Part shown: positions 1 to 10,991 of the stretch, piece by piece
How the letters are laid out: each line of letters begins with the position of its first letter
Position numbering within the stretch: the first letter of the stretch is position 1
Source of the DNA: an uncultured archaeon
GTDB taxonomy: Archaea; Asgardarchaeota; Lokiarchaeia; Sigyniarchaeales; SOKP01
DNA: 47,216 nucleotides
Reading direction: 5' to 3'
NCBI GenBank assembly: GCA_964525635.1
Contig: CAZGJX010000019.1
Span: 1-47,216 of the forward strand
Program-made: the position numbers and the translations under genes
Notes under the pieces: model-generated
The model's input: the letters and a program-made list of their open reading frames with translations, nothing else
Told to the model about the DNA's origin: nothing
Database searches by the model: none

Positions 1-69
1 ATTCTCGAGGCCGTCCGTTGTTGGCCCTCAAGCTGGATGTCCAATAATGTCCAGACTTTTTGCAACGGT
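1..69. repeat. End of a GC-richer repeated element (probable IS/MITE terminus); 16-69 is the reverse complement of 47163-47216
   Basis: 53/54 identity between the two contig ends in inverted orientation; internal TGTCCA direct repeat. Confidence 0.8.
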
Positions 70-914
70 GAAAAAAGAAATAATAAAGAACTTAATGAAA
101 TGATAGATTAATCAGAACTGATAAGCAGACTTTTAACTGATCCTAAACAAAATTCTAGGTCATTTGTGGGATTACGTGCCTACGAATGGCGTTTGTTGGA
201 GCTATCCGAAATTCCTTTTACTCATACTCTTGAAAAAGTACAAAATTTGTTAACACTTTTAATAAATAAATCATATATACAAGAGGGATTTTCTTTAACA
301 GGTGATAAAGAAGGACTATTAGCTTGCCATAATGCTATGATAACGACCATTCTTATTAAAATGAATTACGACGATAAAGATAAGATAGATATGGGAATAA
401 AATGGATTTTAGATTATCAAAGTATTGAAAGAAATAAGGAATGTAAATGGAGAGGTAAAGATCTCTTTACAAAATTCGGTGGATGTATGAAAAAAACACC
501 CTGTTTTTATGGTGTTATAAAATCTATGATAACTCTTACAGAATACAAAAAAAAATTTGGAAATCCACCTAAGATCGATAATAAACTCAACCAAGGATTA
601 GAATATATTCTTAACCATAAGATATTTAAGAAACTTTCTATAAATGAGCCTATAGAACCCTCTATAATCCTCAACTTTTATCCTTATCCATACAAATCAA
701 ATATTATTGAAATTTTATCACTAATTAAAGTAAATGGGTTAATTGATGATGAACGTTGCAACGAAGCATTAGACATATTGAAACATAAACAACGTTCAGA
801 TGGATTCTGGCAAGCTGATATATCTTATATGAAATCTGCTTGGATTGATTTTGATGAACTAAAAAAACCTGGTCTTGGATAAGTTATATAATAAGTAGAT
901 TATTATATGAGTGA
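70..914 (+). pseudogene. Disrupted alpha/alpha-barrel (prenyltransferase/squalene-cyclase-repeat-like) protein
   Basis: ORF 166-882 has QW-like repeats (WILDYQ, KHKQRSDGFW). The same frame upstream has an in-frame TAA at 109-111. The C-terminal WISYIISRLLYE lies in another frame after ~873. Confidence 0.55.
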
Positions 915-1119
915 TATTTTTTAAATAAAATTGAAAATTCTAAACTAAATAAGTCACCTTCTCATAATAAGGTGAGCGAGTTTTAATTTGAAGTATAATC
1001 TAACTTTCTTTTCTTTCTAAAAAATTCATAATTTTTATATATGAATCAGATAATTCGTAATGTAACTTATATTATTTTAAAAAATTCTTATCCTAATTAT
1101 AATAAAATAGGTCAAGACT

Positions 1120-1760
1120 ATGAAAAAAAAATCAAAAATATTTATATTCTGTATTAGAATTTTTTAATGTTATCATTAATACCTCCAACTTATGCTGATG
1201 ATTCTGCGGTAGGTGTTGAAGAAGGAGATGTTCTAAAATATGAAAGGAGAATAGAAGGTGCTTTAATAGATACTCTTATAGTTAATATTACTAGTGTTGC
1301 AAATGTAAGTGGTTTTCTAGAGGTTAAAGCAAGAGTTGAATCTACTAATGGTACAATAATAGAACCTGAAGCTATTTGGCTTCAATGGAATGCAACACTA
1401 CAAATCCTCGATATGCCCGGTCAAGGTCTTACATCTGTTCTTACAGTATATGCAATTACACCTAATCCATTAAATACAACCTTATTAATAGATTATCTAG
1501 ATAATGCAGGTTATAGTGATCTTAGCGCAAGTGGAAATACAATATCATGTGTTTATCCACTAAATACATATAAATTTACTTATAGTGATAAAGGTATTTT
1601 AACAAAAGTAGGGATAACAGCATTAGGAGTTAAAGCCACAATTACACTTGTAACTGATAGTGACGATGGTGTTTCATTGGGATATACTATTTTTTTAATT
1701 ATTCCTGTAGCTATAATTTTTGTATTTAATAGAAAGCGAAAATCAATTGAATTAATATAA
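1120..1760 (+). CDS. Secreted, C-terminally membrane-anchored surface protein; signal peptide frameshifted at a T6 tract
   Basis: ATG 1120 gives MKKKSKIFIFCIRIF, one base out of frame with ORF 1167-1760. C-terminus is acidic linker + GY + TM + RKRK, resembling a sorting signal. Confidence 0.55.
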
Positions 1761-1964
1761 AAAGAATAATACAAATAAATTTAAATTATAAAATTTTTTT
1801 TTTAAAATTATTGAATCCTCTTCTTATCTATTACTTTTAAATATATAATTTATGTTTAATTGTAATAAAAAACAAAAATTGTTCATGATTAAATTAACTT
1901 AACAAAAGATTGAGAACTATCTATCATATTCTAATCATTTATTGTTGTTTCATTTTTAGAAAAG

Positions 1965-3953
1965 ATGACTTTTAAATTTAAAATAGAATCAGATTTTTCC
2001 CCAAAGGGGGACCAACCCTCAGCTATTAAAACCTTAGCAGATAATATAAAAGAAGGAAAAACATTTCAAACACTTCTTGGAGCGACTGGAACAGGTAAGA
2101 GCTTTTCTATTGCTAATGTAATTGAGAAAATCCAGAAACCAACTTTAATAATGGCTCCAAACAAAACCTTGGCAGCACAATTATATCAGGAACTAAAAAC
2201 ATTCTTTCCTAATAATGCAATTCATTATTTTGTCTCTTATTATGACTATTATCAACCAGAAGCATATTTACCAACAACAGGATTATATATAGAAAAAGAT
2301 TTTAGCGTAAATGAGGAAATAGAAAGATTAAGATTAGCTGCTGCCCATGCTATAAGAACAAGAGAAGATGTAATAATTGTTGCAACCGTTTCATGTATTT
2401 ATGGCTTAGGCGATCCTACATATTGGGAATCTGTTACTCTCTATATTGAAGAAGGGCAAGTAATAACAAGAGATGAGATTGTTTCAAGATTAATTGAAAT
2501 CAACTATGAAAGAAAATCAACTGACTTTAAACCGGGATCAGTTAGAGTAAAGGGGGATATTATTGATATATTTCCTGCATATATGGAAGTTGCCATAAGG
2601 ATTTCAATGTTTGGAGATGAAATTGAATCAATTCACGAAATACATCCTATAACAAATAATCCAATAAGAGATCTAAAGAATTATAGAGTTTTTCCAGCAA
2701 CGCATTTTCTTCTTCCAGAAGAAAATAAAGAAAATGCTCTTCTGTCCATAGAGGAGGAACTTCAAGAACAAATTGACTATTTCAAGGATAATAAAATGTA
2801 TGCTGAGGCACAAAGAATTGAAAAAAGAGTAAAATTTGATTTGGAAATGATGAGAGAAATGGGATGGTGCAAGGGAATAGAAAATTATTCAAGACCACTC
2901 TCTGGAAGAGATCCAGGTACTCCTCCAATGACTCTTATGGATTATTTTCCTGAAGATTACTTAATTGTTGTTGATGAGTCACATGTTACAATTCCGCAGA
3001 TTCATGGTATGATTGGAGGAGACCGCTCAAGAAAGAAAAACTTAATAGAGTATGGATGGCGTTTACCTTCTGCTTATGATAATAGACCTCTTACCTTCGA
3101 AGAATGGGAAAGAAAAATTAAATATATAATTTTCATGAGTGCAACTCCTTCAAAATATGAGCTTGATAAAAGTGAAGGTATATCAGCAGAGCAAATCATT
3201 AGACCTACTGGACTTGTGGATCCAGAGGTAGAGATAAGACCTGCCAAAAATCAAATAGATGATCTATTAGATGAGATAAAAAAAGTAGTATCAAATAAGG
3301 GAAGAATTCTTGTTACCACTTTAACAAAAAGAATGGCAGAAGATATTGCTGAATATTATTCGGAATTAGGATTAAAAATAGCTTATCTCCATAGTGAGGT
3401 AGATACTGTAGAAAGGTTTGAGATACTAAGAGCATTAAGAGATGGTACATATGATGTCCTTGTAGGTATAAATTTATTACGAGAAGGACTGGATCTTCCA
3501 GAAGTGCAACTTGTGGCTATTTTAGACGCAGATAAATTAGGATTTTTAAGAGACCAAAGATCACTTATACAAACAATAGGAAGAGCATCAAGAAATATAA
3601 ATGGAAAAGCCATATTATATGGTGATAAAATTACAGCAGCAATGAGAGGTGCCATAAATGAAACGAATAGACGAAGAAAAAAACAAGTTGCATTTAATAA
3701 GAAAAATAATATTACTCCTCAAACCATAAAAAAAAATATATTAGAATCTCTATCTGATGAAAAAGAATTTAAGGAGAAAGAAACTAAACGTCTGAGAAAA
3801 TCTATCGAACAAAAAATGGAAGAATTAGGAGATATTGATATTAAAATACAATATCTTGAAGAAAAAATGTTTTTAGCAGCTAAAGAGCTTAGATTTGAAG
3901 ATGCTGCTTTTTTAAGAGATAAAATAAAAGAATTAAAAATATTAATAGAATAA
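1965..3953 (+). CDS. uvrB: Excinuclease ABC subunit B
   Basis: GATGTGKS, FVSYYDYYQPEAY, DESH, GINLLREGLDLPEV, C-terminal UVR motif. Confidence 0.98.
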   Translation: MTFKFKIESDFSPKGDQPSAIKTLADNIKEGKTFQTLLGATGTGKSFSIANVIEKIQKPTLIMAPNKTLAAQLYQELKTFFPNNAIHYFVSYYDYYQPEAYLPTTGLYIEKDFSVNEEIERLRLAAAHAIRTREDVIIVATVSCIYGLGDPTYWESVTLYIEEGQVITRDEIVSRLIEINYERKSTDFKPGSVRVKGDIIDIFPAYMEVAIRISMFGDEIESIHEIHPITNNPIRDLKNYRVFPATHFLLPEENKENALLSIEEELQEQIDYFKDNKMYAEAQRIEKRVKFDLEMMREMGWCKGIENYSRPLSGRDPGTPPMTLMDYFPEDYLIVVDESHVTIPQIHGMIGGDRSRKKNLIEYGWRLPSAYDNRPLTFEEWERKIKYIIFMSATPSKYELDKSEGISAEQIIRPTGLVDPEVEIRPAKNQIDDLLDEIKKVVSNKGRILVTTLTKRMAEDIAEYYSELGLKIAYLHSEVDTVERFEILRALRDGTYDVLVGINLLREGLDLPEVQLVAILDADKLGFLRDQRSLIQTIGRASRNINGKAILYGDKITAAMRGAINETNRRRKKQVAFNKKNNITPQTIKKNILESLSDEKEFKEKETKRLRKSIEQKMEELGDIDIKIQYLEEKMFLAAKELRFEDAAFLRDKIKELKILIE

Positions 3954-4039
3954 ATATAATGAATTTTTAAAAATAAAAGAATTACACAAATTCTTTGAGA
4001 TATTCAAATATGAACAAATCATAGGATAGATAATTTATT

Positions 4040-4959
4040 TTATCTAATAACGTTCACTCCTTTTTCTATTAGTTTTTTAATCATAGGATTTTTACTTAAA
4101 TTAATATAATTATATTGAATAGATAGATTCTCAAGCAACGGAAGAGAATCTATAGTCTCTGGTAAATCAAACAATTGATTATGATCTAAATTTAATACCT
4201 TAATTGAAATAAGATTTCCAATTGATTTTGGGATTTTTCTTATATTATCCCATCTTAAATTAAGATTTTCAAGAAATTAAAGTCTTTTGATTGATTTTGG
4301 GAGAATATAAAGTTCACAATAACAAATACTAATTTCATTTACTCTAATTTTAAATGTAGAGAATTCCAATTCTGAATTCAAATTAGTTTTTCTTACAAAA
4401 GTAAATATTTTACCTGTAATTTGCTCTAATTCTTCTAATACTTTAGCTTCAAATTGAGGGATTTTAGCATTTCTGAAAGAAACTATTCTCTCATTAGCTC
4501 CCATTCCACATAATTTACATGATTTTTCATTATCATCCAATGTTGCTCCACATTTTTCACAGAATTTAAGATTTATCTGTTTAATAGGATTATTTTGTGA
4601 TAAATCTTGATTATCTTCTTTAATTTCAAAATATAAAGATTCTTCTTTAAAATTAAATCCACATTCTGGACAATATTGTACATTTTTTTCTATTTTACAA
4701 CCACAATCATGTTTTTTAATATTCATACCACATAAAAAACAACAATTTTCATATTCTGCAAACTTTACACCACATACAGAACATTTAAAATCCTCTGATT
4801 TCTTAATTTCTTTTATAATTTTAAAATTTTTTAGAAAAGTTTTTAATGAATTTAATTCATTTATATCTTCTTGGTTGGATTTAAATTTATTTTGGAATCA
4901 GGATAAATAGCATTAAATATTTTTCTTTTAAGAATTTCACTTTTTTTATTTGAATCCAT
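4040..4959 (-). pseudogene. Multi zinc-ribbon + leucine-rich-repeat protein, disrupted
   Basis: Repeated CxxCG pairs. The LRR (LPKSIKRL*FLENLNL...IPKSIGNL...LPETIDSL) continues in frame past TAA 4277-4279 to a stop at 4040. ATG 4959 is joined by a frameshift near 4890. Confidence 0.75.
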
Positions 4960-5253
4960 TTTATTTTTCATTTAACTTATTAATTAAGATTTAGCTATGA
5001 TACTAATATATTTGTTAAATATATATATTTAATACAATTATCTCTCAATTTTATTTTGTATACAACACTTAATAAAATATGGTTCAATAAGCTCTTTAGT
5101 TTTAAAATAATAAACTTCAAATTATCTTAATTTAATAAAATGGTTGTCGAAAAATATGTATATTCTATAAGTCAAATATATTTTAACTCAACTTGATTTA
5201 TTTCTCAATAATACTTATAGAAATTCCAAATTATTAATTTAAATATAAAGGAG

Positions 5254-5712
5254 GTGAATATTATTTTAGAAGAAGGTGATCCTGCTCCAAATAATATCGA
5301 GTTACAAAACCAAGATGGAGATTTAGTTAAGCTAACCGATTATAAAGGTGAAAAATTAGTTATATATTTTTATCCAAGAGATAATACTCCCGGATGTACT
5401 ACGGAAGCAAAAAATTTTAGAGATTCTATAAAAGAATATGAAGTTAAAGGTATTAGGATTATTGGAATCAGTCCTGATTCTGTAAAATCACATAAAAAAT
5501 TTCAAACAAAATATAATCTTCCATTTCTATTACTTTCAGATCCAGATAAAATTGCTGCGAAAGCATTTGGCGCATTTAGTAATGGTCGAATTAAAAGACG
5601 AACTTGGTTGATAAATGAAGATTGGAAAATTGAAAAGGTTTATGAAAATATATCTGCATCAAAACATAATGCAGAATTGTGTACTTATTATGGTTTAAAA
5701 CCTTTTCAATAA
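5254..5712 (+). CDS. bcp: Peroxiredoxin BCP/PrxQ
   Basis: YFYPRDNTPGCTTEA motif; GGAGG overlapping the GTG start region. Confidence 0.93.
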   Translation: MNIILEEGDPAPNNIELQNQDGDLVKLTDYKGEKLVIYFYPRDNTPGCTTEAKNFRDSIKEYEVKGIRIIGISPDSVKSHKKFQTKYNLPFLLLSDPDKIAAKAFGAFSNGRIKRRTWLINEDWKIEKVYENISASKHNAELCTYYGLKPFQ

Positions 5713-5937
5713 TTTTTTCAACTTTATCCTTTTGAAAATTCAAATCATTGATTTTATAACTGAATAAAAAAATAGAAATAATATTTCCATACATTTTCTT
5801 TAAGAATTATAATTTAAAATCATAAAAATCAAAATTAATGATATATTTGATTTATTGAAAATATGAACCCTGTTTTATTTAAAAATAAATTAATAATTTC
5901 TTTATTAAAATAATTTAAAATTAGTTTTTAAAAAATT

Positions 5938-8805
5938 ATGGAAAATTATATTATTATCAAAGGTGCTCGTCAAAACAATCTTAAAAATATAAATGTTAAA
6001 ATTCCTCGTAATAAACTTATAACTGTTACGGGTGTAAGTGGTAGTGGAAAATCAAGCCTTGCAATGGATACTTTATATGCTGAAGGACAAAGAAGATTTT
6101 TAGAATCTTTATCTAGTTATGCAAGGCAATTTCTTGGAGAAATGGATAAACCAGATGTAGATTCAATAGAAGGATTATCACCAGCAATCGCAATAGAACA
6201 GAAACCACTTTCCAAAAATCCAAGAAGTACCGTTGGTACAGTTACAGAAATTTATGATTATTATAGATTATTATATGCTAATATTGGTATACCACATTGT
6301 CCAAATTGTGGAAAAGAAATTAAACCCCAAACCCCACAACAAATAATCGAACAAATATTGGATTCTATAGAAGAAAATCAGAAATTTATTGTTAAAGCAC
6401 CTTTAATTAGAGATAGAAAAGGAGAATATAAAGACTTATTACAAGATCTTAAAAAACAAGGTTATGTTAGGGTTGAAATTGATGGAATTCAATATACTCT
6501 TGATGAAGATATTTCAATGGATAAGAATGTCAAACACAATATCAATGTTATCATCGATCGTCTTGTAATGAAAAAGGATATAAAAAAGAGAGTAGCAGAT
6601 TCAATTGAAACAGCATTAGAGTTAACTGATGGTATTTTATTAATTGAAATCGTGGATAAAGAGGAACAAATGTTTTCTGAACATTATGCTTGTTTGGATT
6701 GTCAAATATCATTACCTCCTATTGATCATAAAATGTTTTCCTTCAATATCCCTCATGGAAGTTGTCAATATTGTCATGGCTTAGGTAATGTTATGGAATT
6801 TGATTATAACACAATTTTAGGATCAAATTTCGATATTACCCTTCAAGAAAGTGGAATTCGAAATATTCCCGGATTTAAAAGTGATGATGCTTATTCTTGG
6901 CAGATGTTGGAACAAGTTGCTAATTTTTATAATTTTGATTTAAATAATACACCTATTAAAGATATGGATCCAGAAAACCTAAAAAAGATATTATATGGAT
7001 CTGGTGAAGATACTATTGATTTTCAATTTAGAAGTAATGGGAATAATTTTAATGATAATGCTAATGGAAAAGTCTCATCATGGCAAGTAAATAGGAAATT
7101 TGAAGGAATCATTCCCATGTTGCATAGAAGATATATGGAAACAAGTTCTGAAATATCTCGAGATATGTATGAAAAAATGATGAATAGTGTTAATTGTCCT
7201 GAATGTAAAGGCCAAAGATTAAAGCCTGAAAGTAGAGCAGTGACTATTAATGGTTTAAATATAGCTGAGCTTACAATGCTCTCTGTAAAAGAATCTGATA
7301 AATTTTTTAAAAATTTAAAGTTAGATAATACACAAGCTACTATAATAAAAGATGTATTAAAAGAAATTAAAGATAGATTGAGTTTTCTTGATAATGTAGG
7401 ATTGGATTATATTCAGTTAAATAGAAGATCAGATACGTTATCAGTTGGAGAAGCTGAAAGAATTCGTCTTGCTACGCAATTAGGTTCAACTCTAGTGGGT
7501 GTATTATATGTATTAGATGAGCCTACTGTTGGTTTACATCAGAGAGATATCTCCCGATTAATAAAGATGCTAAAAAAATTAAGAGATCTAGGAAATACAG
7601 TGCTTGTTGTGGAACACGATGATGAGGTAATCAAAAATTCAGATCATATAATCGATTTAGGTCCATTGGCTGGGATACATGGTGGAGAAATAGTTGCAGA
7701 AGGATCAGTTGATGAGATCTTAAAATCCAATTCCTTAACTGGTAAATATTTATCTGGTAAAGCTATAATTAATATTCCGAAAAAAAGAAGAGAAATTAAA
7801 GATAAATTCATAGAAATAAGAGGAGCTAAAGAAAATAATCTTAAAAATATTGATATAAAAATTCCATTAGGTGTGTTTACATCTATTACAGGAGTTTCTG
7901 GAGCAGGAAAAACAAGTTTAATTATTGAATGTCTCTATAAGGGACTTCACAATATTATAAATACTCGGAGTAATAAATTAATTGATGGAGATTATGATGA
8001 AATAATTGGCTATAAATATATTGATAATCTTATCGATATCGACCAATCTCCCATTGGAAGAACTCCAAGATCTGTTCCTGCTACGTACACTAAAGCAATG
8101 GATTATATTAGAGAGATCTTTGCTAGGTTATCAGAATCCAAAGAAAGAGGATATGATAAAGGAAGATATAGTTTTAATACTAAATCAGGTCATTGCAAAA
8201 AATGTAAAGGAACAGGTTATATTCTTAAAGAAATGTATTTCTTACCAGATATTTATATAAGATGTGATTTATGTAAAGGAAAACGTTATAATGCTGAAAC
8301 ACTTGATGTTAAATTTAAGGAGAAGACGATTTCGAACATATTGGATATGACTTTTGAAGAAGCATTAGAATTTTTTGCTAATTTTCCAAATTTAAAAAAA
8401 ACTCTTAAAACAGTTGTTGATGTAGGATTAGGATATCTAGAGCTAGGTCAATCTTCTACTACTTTAAGTGGAGGAGAATCACAACGTTTAAAGATAGCTA
8501 GAGAATTGAGGAAGAAAAGTACTGGTAATACTCTTTATATTTTAGATGAACCTACAACGGGATTATCAACTTATGATATTAATATTTTATTGAATGTACT
8601 TCAAAGATTAGTTGATAAAGGAAATACGGTGATAGTTATTGAACATAATATGGAAATTATAAAGTCTACAGATTATATAATTGATTTGGGTCCTGAGGGT
8701 GGAGAAAAAGGCGGGGAAATTGTTGCATCTGGTACACCTGAAGAATTAATTAAAAATCAAAACTCACATACTGCAATATATCTAAAAAAACATCTTGAAA
8801 ATTAA
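5938..8805 (+). CDS. uvrA: Excinuclease ABC subunit A
   Basis: Two ABC cassettes (GVSGSGKS, GVSGAGKT, LSGGESQR, LDEPT) and zinc fingers. Confidence 0.98.
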   Translation: MENYIIIKGARQNNLKNINVKIPRNKLITVTGVSGSGKSSLAMDTLYAEGQRRFLESLSSYARQFLGEMDKPDVDSIEGLSPAIAIEQKPLSKNPRSTVGTVTEIYDYYRLLYANIGIPHCPNCGKEIKPQTPQQIIEQILDSIEENQKFIVKAPLIRDRKGEYKDLLQDLKKQGYVRVEIDGIQYTLDEDISMDKNVKHNINVIIDRLVMKKDIKKRVADSIETALELTDGILLIEIVDKEEQMFSEHYACLDCQISLPPIDHKMFSFNIPHGSCQYCHGLGNVMEFDYNTILGSNFDITLQESGIRNIPGFKSDDAYSWQMLEQVANFYNFDLNNTPIKDMDPENLKKILYGSGEDTIDFQFRSNGNNFNDNANGKVSSWQVNRKFEGIIPMLHRRYMETSSEISRDMYEKMMNSVNCPECKGQRLKPESRAVTINGLNIAELTMLSVKESDKFFKNLKLDNTQATIIKDVLKEIKDRLSFLDNVGLDYIQLNRRSDTLSVGEAERIRLATQLGSTLVGVLYVLDEPTVGLHQRDISRLIKMLKKLRDLGNTVLVVEHDDEVIKNSDHIIDLGPLAGIHGGEIVAEGSVDEILKSNSLTGKYLSGKAIINIPKKRREIKDKFIEIRGAKENNLKNIDIKIPLGVFTSITGVSGAGKTSLIIECLYKGLHNIINTRSNKLIDGDYDEIIGYKYIDNLIDIDQSPIGRTPRSVPATYTKAMDYIREIFARLSESKERGYDKGRYSFNTKSGHCKKCKGTGYILKEMYFLPDIYIRCDLCKGKRYNAETLDVKFKEKTISNILDMTFEEALEFFANFPNLKKTLKTVVDVGLGYLELGQSSTTLSGGESQRLKIARELRKKSTGNTLYILDEPTTGLSTYDINILLNVLQRLVDKGNTVIVIEHNMEIIKSTDYIIDLGPEGGEKGGEIVASGTPEELIKNQNSHTAIYLKKHLEN

Positions 8806-9215
8806 AAGCCATTCCAAAATTTTTTTACAGGATCTTCAAAAGCATCACCAATTTCATCCTTGAATTCTGAAAACTGAGCTATATTTCCATCCCAATTCTT
8901 TTTTATTCTTATCTCTGGGTATTTATCTATGAACTTGGTTGATATGACCTCCAATTCATGAATAATTTTATCTCTTTTAACTTTTTTAGGCGAATTAGCA
9001 ATAAATAAGATTTCATATTTTTTTAATAAAACAAATTGTTTATTGCTTAATTCAAAATGCGATAAACCACCTTCACTTACTTCTTCTGCGAAAGTATTTA
9101 TTGCACTTAGAAGTGCTCCGAAAAGTTGAGTCTCTATCTGTGGATTAAATACACGATTAAACAAAACAATTCCATCTTCAGTGATAATCCATAGATCATG
9201 TAATATTTTTACCAT
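8802..9215 (-). CDS. Longin/roadblock-like small protein (Asgard type)
   Basis: WIITEDGIVLF...QLFGALLSAINTFAEE...WDGNIAQFSEF pattern. Confidence 0.65.
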   Translation of the reverse strand: MVKILHDLWIITEDGIVLFNRVFNPQIETQLFGALLSAINTFAEEVSEGGLSHFELSNKQFVLLKKYEILFIANSPKKVKRDKIIHELEVISTKFIDKYPEIRIKKNWDGNIAQFSEFKDEIGDAFEDPVKKFWNGF

Positions 9216-9498
9216 TATTTATGCCTCTTTTATTTCTTTCATAGATATTTTTATTTTTTCATGGTATAAATTTTGATTCTTTAAATTTTAAATGATGACT
9301 ATATTGAAATATTTTTTAAAAATCAATGAATATTCATGAAGATTTATAGTGTAAAATATAAAATTAAATTATTTATAAAATTAATTTGTATATCATTATT
9401 ATTTAATTCTTTGTTCAATTGATTAATAAATGTGAAAAATTATTATAGAATTTGCTTAGGAATTTAATTAGACCTTCCTTAAGTTAATATTATCAAGT

Positions 9499-10824
9499 TT
9501 ACTTTTCTTTACAAAATTTATATAAAATCATTATTGAAATAGTTGTTAAAAGTACTATAAGATATATAAATAAAGCTAAATAATCTGAAATAGTATAGTT
9601 TATATCCAAAATAAAAGAAGCAATTCCATATAGAATTAAACTTATGCTTATTGTGAGTATTAAGATATGATATCTATACTTTTTTCTTATATATATTTCA
9701 AAATAATAAAATGGAACAGAAAGTAAAATACTTTCAAAAATTATTAAAGGAATCAAATAATAAAATAATTCAATTCCAAATATAAGATTATTAATTAATT
9801 TAAAAAAAATAACTGCATTTACTAATATTATGAAATTATGCACTAAATAAAGACCATAAGAAATTTTTCCAAAAAATTTCAATGAATTACCTGTTTTTGG
9901 TAAATTAATGAAAATATAATTAAGAAATAAAAGAAATATTATCGTTAACAATGGAAAATACAGTTGTCTTTCTATACTAAAATGAATATGATCATCCATA
10001 TTTTTAATATTTATAAATATAAAAAAAGATAAAATAATTAAAATGAATAAAGTTAATCCAATAATATGATTTTTCATCATTTTCTCTTTCTTTTTAAAAT
10101 TAGAACTTAACCAAAAGCCAAACAACATACCAAATATAAAAATAAAGATCCGAATTACAAACATATCAAAATAAAAAAGACTATCTGTAAAGATTTTCAT
10201 TGTAAATAATAAAATAATACAAATACTAAATGATATGATTAAACAAATAAAACTGATTTTAAGATTTTTTTTTATAAAAACATAAAAAATGGGAAACAGT
10301 AAGTATAAAAATAATATAAAAGAAATAAACCAATGTGTTGGTTCAATATAAAAAATCATATTAAGATCATTGAATTGAAAGGCCTGTAATCCGCTTATAT
10401 GAACTATAACTGAATTTAGACTAAAAATCTCGTCATTAACAATGTAATGAAAGAAAACATAGAAAAATGTAGATATTATCAATAATGGGTAGATTTTTAG
10501 AATTCTTTTTTTATACCAACTTTTCCAACAATGATCATCATAATTCATTGTAGCTATTTGAAATGTTAGGATCATACCACTTATAAATAAAAGGATATCT
10601 AATCCAATATCTCCAAGGAAAAAAATAATATTAAAAAAAGGACCAATTTCTTCCTTGAATGAGGTAAATTCATTGAATATATGTAAGAATATAATCCATA
10701 AGAGAGCAATCAGTCTTATACAGAAAATACTATCAAAAAAACAACTATAATCTCTAATATCATCTCTAATTGGAGTATTTGTTTTTTCTTTCATATAATT
10801 CCCCTTAATCCCTAAGTAATACAT
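9499..10824 (-). CDS. Acyltransferase family 3 membrane protein
   Basis: R...IIFLH, LLFISG, WYKKRILKIYP, HWFI, FGKISYGLYLVH; many TMs. Confidence 0.85.
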   Translation of the reverse strand: MYYLGIKGNYMKEKTNTPIRDDIRDYSCFFDSIFCIRLIALLWIIFLHIFNEFTSFKEEIGPFFNIIFFLGDIGLDILLFISGMILTFQIATMNYDDHCWKSWYKKRILKIYPLLIISTFFYVFFHYIVNDEIFSLNSVIVHISGLQAFQFNDLNMIFYIEPTHWFISFILFLYLLFPIFYVFIKKNLKISFICLIISFSICIILLFTMKIFTDSLFYFDMFVIRIFIFIFGMLFGFWLSSNFKKKEKMMKNHIIGLTLFILIILSFFIFINIKNMDDHIHFSIERQLYFPLLTIIFLLFLNYIFINLPKTGNSLKFFGKISYGLYLVHNFIILVNAVIFFKLINNLIFGIELFYYLIPLIIFESILLSVPFYYFEIYIRKKYRYHILILTISISLILYGIASFILDINYTISDYLALFIYLIVLLTTISIMILYKFCKEK

Positions 10825-10991
10825 TCTTTAGATTCATAACACTTTGATATAATTTTAGAATTTCTAAATAATTTTTTAAAGATAATAATAATTAGAATAT
10901 TATAGAAATTACTATACTTTAATAAATAATTTAAAGGTAAATTTGATAAATCTCAAATTATATCATTTATTAATTTAAGTTGAGAAATATA

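Noticed and set aside
954-975. Hairpin TCACCTT/AAGGTGA, and TGAGG/CCTCA near 36955
   Set aside because: Short single stems; insufficient to call a terminator or operator.
5254-5712. Selenoprotein peroxiredoxin
   Set aside because: The peroxidatic residue is TGT (Cys) and there is no in-frame TGA.
5860-5880. SOS/LexA-like box upstream of uvrA
   Set aside because: GAAC half-site has wrong spacing and there is no matching site before uvrB.
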